Part shown: positions 60,350-64,000 of the stretch, piece after piece
Layout of the letters: the number at the start of each line of letters is the position of its first letter
How positions within the stretch are numbered: position 1 is the stretch's first letter
DNA from: Candidatus Oxydemutatoraceae bacterium
Lineage (GTDB): Bacteria > Pseudomonadota > Gammaproteobacteria > Poriferisulfidales > Oxydemutatoraceae
Direction of reading: 5' to 3'
Assembly: GCA_965220085.1 (NCBI GenBank)
Contig: CBDCOZ010000002.1
Location: 128,001-192,000, forward strand
DNA: 64,000 nt
Notes under the pieces: model-generated
Database searches by the model: none
Seen by the model: only the letters and a program-made list of their open reading frames with translations
What the model was told of the DNA's origin: nothing
Made by a program: the position numbers and the translations under genes

Positions 60350-61366
60350 CTAGCCCACGACCCTCATGTAGAAGGCAGCGGGCCCGTGCTCGGGGGTCAG
60401 GTAAGGGCAGACCTCGCCGAGCCGCTTCTGGTGGCGGTGCTGGAGAAAGTTTAGCGCGGCCACCACCTCGTAGCGGGCGGTGTTGGTGAGCAACACCTCC
60501 AGCAGGTACTGCTCGTTCCAGAACCAGACATTGTCGACCACCCAGGCTTCCGGATAGTCCTTGGGCGTGAAGATGTCGTGGATGTGGATGTAGACCCCGG
60601 CCTGCAACTGCGGGAGGATCTCCTGGTATTCATAGAGCACATCGCCCTGCGGCCGGATTATGTGCGAGGAGTCGATGAACAGCAGGTCCTCTGGCCCCAG
60701 CTCCTTCGCCCAGTCCAGGTCGCATTCCTCCACGGGCTTGCGGACGATCTCGATGTCTTCCATCTTCTCCAGCCAGGGGGCTTCTCGTGTAGCGTAGGGC
60801 TCGATGCAGATGTGCTTGCAGGCTGGCCCGCCCTCGTCCCTGTTCTTGCGCAGCGCCACGCGGGCAATCTTGGTCGAGTGACCGCTGCCGATCTCGATGA
60901 CCTTGTTCGGCTTGGTGTGCCGCAGGAACTGGTACAGAAAGTCAGCGTCGCCCGGGAGGTAGAAATTGTTGCGAATGGAATACAACACCGAGTCAAAGGG
61001 CTGTTCCTGCGCCAGATCCATGGCGACGAGTTCTTCGCCGAAACTAAGATTCCGCAGAAATTCCAGTTGTGCCGCCTCGTTGAGGTCGATGCCGGGAAGG
61101 CGGCGGTCGTCCGACAGCGGGTGCCGGAGATTGCGGTGATTGAAAAGAGGCTCGTAGTAGCGGTCCACGATGGGATAGAGCCCCATGTCTTTCAGGCGCA
61201 GTTGCGTTCTGGGCCACTGGTTGCGCTTGTGGATGCGGTACTGCTTCAGTAGTCGGACGCCCGGAATGATGGCGATGGAGATGGCCAGATCCAGAAGCTG
61301 ATGCCGCCGCCGCACACCCCTCTTGACGCGCTCAAGCGCGGACCGAAGTCGTGATTTAATTCGCAT
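60350..61366 (-). CDS. Class I SAM-dependent methyltransferase (Methyltransf_24-like)
   Basis: VIEIGSGHST, CIEPY, LLFIDSSH, IHIHDIF.P.DYP, WNEQYLL. Confidence 0.88.
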   Translation of the reverse strand: MRIKSRLRSALERVKRGVRRRHQLLDLAISIAIIPGVRLLKQYRIHKRNQWPRTQLRLKDMGLYPIVDRYYEPLFNHRNLRHPLSDDRRLPGIDLNEAAQLEFLRNLSFGEELVAMDLAQEQPFDSVLYSIRNNFYLPGDADFLYQFLRHTKPNKVIEIGSGHSTKIARVALRKNRDEGGPACKHICIEPYATREAPWLEKMEDIEIVRKPVEECDLDWAKELGPEDLLFIDSSHIIRPQGDVLYEYQEILPQLQAGVYIHIHDIFTPKDYPEAWVVDNVWFWNEQYLLEVLLTNTARYEVVAALNFLQHRHQKRLGEVCPYLTPEHGPAAFYMRVVG

Positions 61367-61480
61367 TTGTTAGTTTCTCCGACAATCTTTTTTCTTCGGC
61401 ATTGAAGCAAAACTTAAATCAGCATGCCGTTAGTGTAATCGCTTGTGCAATTAGCATGTGCGGCAAACGGGCATTCTACT
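61353..61480 (-). promoter_or_regulatory. Promoter/leader/start cassette (copy 2)
   Basis: GATTTAATTCGCATTTGTTAGTTTCTCCGACAATCTTTTTTCTTCGGCAT is identical to 58856-58905; TAGAAT -10. Confidence 0.7.
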
Positions 61481-61491
61481 ACATTAATAGG

Positions 61492-61686
61492 AGAACAAAC
61501 GATAATGGAGCACATGATGAGAGGCGCAAACAGTTTATGGAGCACAAACAGTTTATGGAGCGCAAACAGTTTATGGAGCGCAAACAGTTTATGGAGCGCA
61601 AACAATACTCAATTGTTTGCGGGTTCTTCAATTGTTTGTGGGTTCTTCAATTGTTTGTGGCTTCTTCAATTGTTTGTGGCTTCTTA
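61492..61686. repeat. Second member of the CAAACA/TGTTTG repeat-array family
   Basis: Four 18-bp GC(G/A)CAAACAGTTTATGGA units, central GCAAACAAT-ACTCA-ATTGTTTGC palindrome, four 19-bp CAATTGTTTGYGGSTTCTT units. Confidence 0.9.
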
Positions 61687-61900
61687 GGGCTGCCTGCCGC
61701 CGGGTTGCTTGCCGGTCAGCCCCGCCGGCGAGTTGTTCGCGCAGGGAGTCGGGGCTGCCTGCCGCCGGGTTGCTTGCCAGTCAGCCCTTAGCTTGCCGCC
61801 TCCCCGCGAGGAGAGTGTTCCGGGGAGAACTCCGGTCGGCATTGTGCCGTATCCCGACTCCTGCGAGGGGAGAGTGTTTCCTGTCTCCCGCGAGGGGAAA
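61687..61900. repeat. Two 36-bp direct repeats plus REP-like palindromes
   Basis: GGGCTGCCTGCCGCCGGGTTGCTTGCCRGTCAGCCC at 61687 and 61752; CTCCCGCGAGGGGA-type hairpins at 61800-61900. Confidence 0.75.
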
Positions 61901-62044
61901 ATAATGCGGCACGGCGTTGCCACGCTATGCTTATAATGGGCAAACCGCCCGGTGTCGTCCGTCCGGCTTATGATGCCCTTCTCAGTTGCCGCTCTCTGTG
62001 CTTATAATGGGCAAGCCGCCGATACAAAGCACGACGAATTCCCG

Positions 62045-63181
62045 ATGAAAATTAAATACGCCTTAATGAGTTCCAACTCCGACCCGGAGTATCTGGACTT
62101 CTGGCCGGTCGCCGCCGAAGCATGGTTGAATCTCGGCATCACACCGGTGTTGTTTTACATTCCGGACCGCGTCAAAGACGTTCCGGTTGTGCCGCGGGAG
62201 GTGGCGGGCGCCGAGGTGCACACCGTGCCGCTGTTGCCCGATGTAAACATCGTGTTGCAAGCGTCGTTGCTTCGCTACTGGGGAAGTTGCAAGTACCCGG
62301 ACGATGCGGTGATTGTCAGCGACATAGATCTGTTGCCTTTGTCGCGGCGGTTCTTTGTCGATCAATTGACCGCGATAGATGATGATTGTTATGTGCATTT
62401 GAAATGTGTCGCAGACAAGTACGAGAGTTACGACTTGCGTAATATCCCCGGAGAAAAAGTGACGGACATATCGAATATGCGCTTCCTGAACGCTTGTTAT
62501 CACGCGGCAAACGGCGCCCTGATGAGCGAAGTGCTGTGGCCGTCAAACGGAGGCGGACGCGATTGGGAGAGCGACTGCAAGCGCGCGGTTCCGTATCACT
62601 ATGTGCGCGCCAGCGTCACCGGCGGCGCCTACATAATCACCGACAGATATGTCCGACGCGGGAAGTTGTTGCCCCGCTTTAACGCCCGCGGCGACGAGTT
62701 GTATATGTCCGCGCGCGCACACTTGTTCCCGCGGCAGGATGTCTTCCGCTTTATCACGCACGAGTGCGATTTTTTGAATCGCGGTCGTTGGTATTACAAA
62801 CCCGAGCGCTTGTTGCGGGAGCAGTATTCGGCGGCGCATTTGCCGCGACCGTATCGTCGCCACAAGTCGGCGATAGACGCCTTGATGCAACGACGCCCTT
62901 TGTCCCTGTTTTATCGCATTCTTTTTCGGGGGACAGAGAGGATATACAAATTGCGTTGGCGTGCTCCCGAGCGCGGTGTGTTTTTCTCCTACCCCGCTCT
63001 CTGGGCGGGCGAGGTTGCGTTCGGGGTGATGTATCGGTGCAGCGGTTGGAGCGGCGCCGAATTGCTCAGAATGTATTGTCGAACGCAACGTCTGTGGACA
63101 CGCCGTGACAACGCTCGTCTGGCCGGGTTGTATGTGAGATACAAACGATGCAAGAAAGCAATATGTCGCCTATGGTCGTGA
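62045..63181 (+). CDS. Glycosyltransferase-like protein, paralog 3
   Basis: Same N-terminal block and VSDIDLLP; more divergent central and C-terminal regions. Confidence 0.7.
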   Translation: MKIKYALMSSNSDPEYLDFWPVAAEAWLNLGITPVLFYIPDRVKDVPVVPREVAGAEVHTVPLLPDVNIVLQASLLRYWGSCKYPDDAVIVSDIDLLPLSRRFFVDQLTAIDDDCYVHLKCVADKYESYDLRNIPGEKVTDISNMRFLNACYHAANGALMSEVLWPSNGGGRDWESDCKRAVPYHYVRASVTGGAYIITDRYVRRGKLLPRFNARGDELYMSARAHLFPRQDVFRFITHECDFLNRGRWYYKPERLLREQYSAAHLPRPYRRHKSAIDALMQRRPLSLFYRILFRGTERIYKLRWRAPERGVFFSYPALWAGEVAFGVMYRCSGWSGAELLRMYCRTQRLWTRRDNARLAGLYVRYKRCKKAICRLWS

Positions 63182-63545
63182 ACCCGCGCATATATAGAGT
63201 CGGTCAGAGCGTCGGACTCCGCGAGGACGGCTTGCCGGCGGTCATGGCCGGCCATCTGATCCGAAGAACCCTGCAAGATGTTGCGGGGCATATGGGCTTG
63301 CCGGCGGGCATGACCGGGCGTCCGCTCCGAGGCAAGGAAGCCCTTTGCGGCCGCCTTTTTGCGCCCCTGCTCCGGCGGTTGATTCCTTAGCGATACCGGC
63401 ATCCGTGCGGCGGTCTTGATATGAGGCTAAATTTCATGCTAATATTCGCACCCTTGGGCGTCATCAGCGATGCCCTAAGTGTTCATAAAGTTACTAGCTT
63501 AATACTATTGAGTAAGTCAATCGCGCGGCAGGAACCGTCTGAGAG

Positions 63546-63932
63546 CTGTTATTACAAGAGAAAATTAGCAGACTTCTTATCTGGCAGTTTTTTGTCACAG
63601 CGGTTGTAAGCGCAATTATGTTTGTTTATCAAGGTCAGCAATCGGCAATCAGCGCGGCATTCGGCGGCGCGAGCGCGATGTTATTGTCATCGTGGTTGGG
63701 CGCATCGCTCAAGCGTCTTGACCGGCGTTTGGGCGACAAACAAAAAGCCGGCGCCGGCGTATTTGTCTTCGGTTTCATTCCGCGCTTTATTTTGGTTTTG
63801 GCTCTGTTTTCGCTGGGCCTTGGTTATCTCGGCTTATCCCCGTTACCGATGCTTGCGGCATTCATCGCCGCCTACGCCGCATACTGGGTCGAGTTGTATC
63901 GTATGCAGGCGGACAATCCGGAAAAACTATGA
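63546..63932 (+). CDS. atpI: ATP synthase protein I (start probably non-canonical, upstream of ATG 63618)
   Basis: Hydrophobic ORF directly upstream of atpB; frame open back to 63543, encoding ISRLLIWQFFVTAVVSAI. Confidence 0.75.
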   Translation: MLLQEKISRLLIWQFFVTAVVSAIMFVYQGQQSAISAAFGGASAMLLSSWLGASLKRLDRRLGDKQKAGAGVFVFGFIPRFILVLALFSLGLGYLGLSPLPMLAAFIAAYAAYWVELYRMQADNPEKL

Positions 63933-64000
63933 GCGAAGGCAGCGGCGGCACAGTCGAATATATCAAGCATCACCTGACCAACCTGTGCGTCGGGGATTGC
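63929..64000 (+). CDS. atpB: ATP synthase F0 subunit a, N-terminus (runs off the window)
   Basis: MSEGSGGTVEYIKHHLTNL; ATGA overlap with atpI. Confidence 0.85.
   Translation, partial: MSEGSGGTVEYIKHHLTNLCVGDC

Noticed and set aside
50891-63181. Diversity-generating retroelement behind the GT or TPR paralog variation
   Set aside because: No reverse transcriptase in the window, and the differences I compared are not adenine-specific.

Overview
64 kb from a GC-rich gammaproteobacterium that is probably a sulfur oxidizer; a host-associated lifestyle is an inference from the TPR proteins, cadherin/Ig-like proteins and glycosyltransferase expansion. Three zones. (1) 1-11.5 kb is an accessory/defence island built on three copies of the ampG 3' end: type III RM res/mod with an AbiJ-like gene between them, a SIR2-like gene, an SNase-like gene, DUF2335 modules, a MITE, and a secreted Ig/cadherin-like gene interrupted by a poly-G tract. 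(2) 11.5-44 kb is core genome: ampG, xth, lptD-surA-pdxA-rsmA-apaG-apaH (pdxA/rsmA junction amplified four-fold), folA-thyA-lgt, tRNA-Pro, tRNA-Val, an orphan cas6-like gene and the reverse dsrABEFHCMKLJOPN operon. (3) 44-63.5 kb is accessory: two FRG-TPR paralogs around an RM pair, three paralogous glycosyltransferase-like genes, a GT10 fucosyltransferase, a methyltransferase, an IS481-like element with derivatives, and an unnamed repeat-array element; the atp operon starts at the right edge. The strongest novelty candidate is a family of Ig/cadherin-like proteins that all end in the same tail, RLRLR(L/V)FLEGPLR-stop. All calls come from reading the sequence; no database searches were run.
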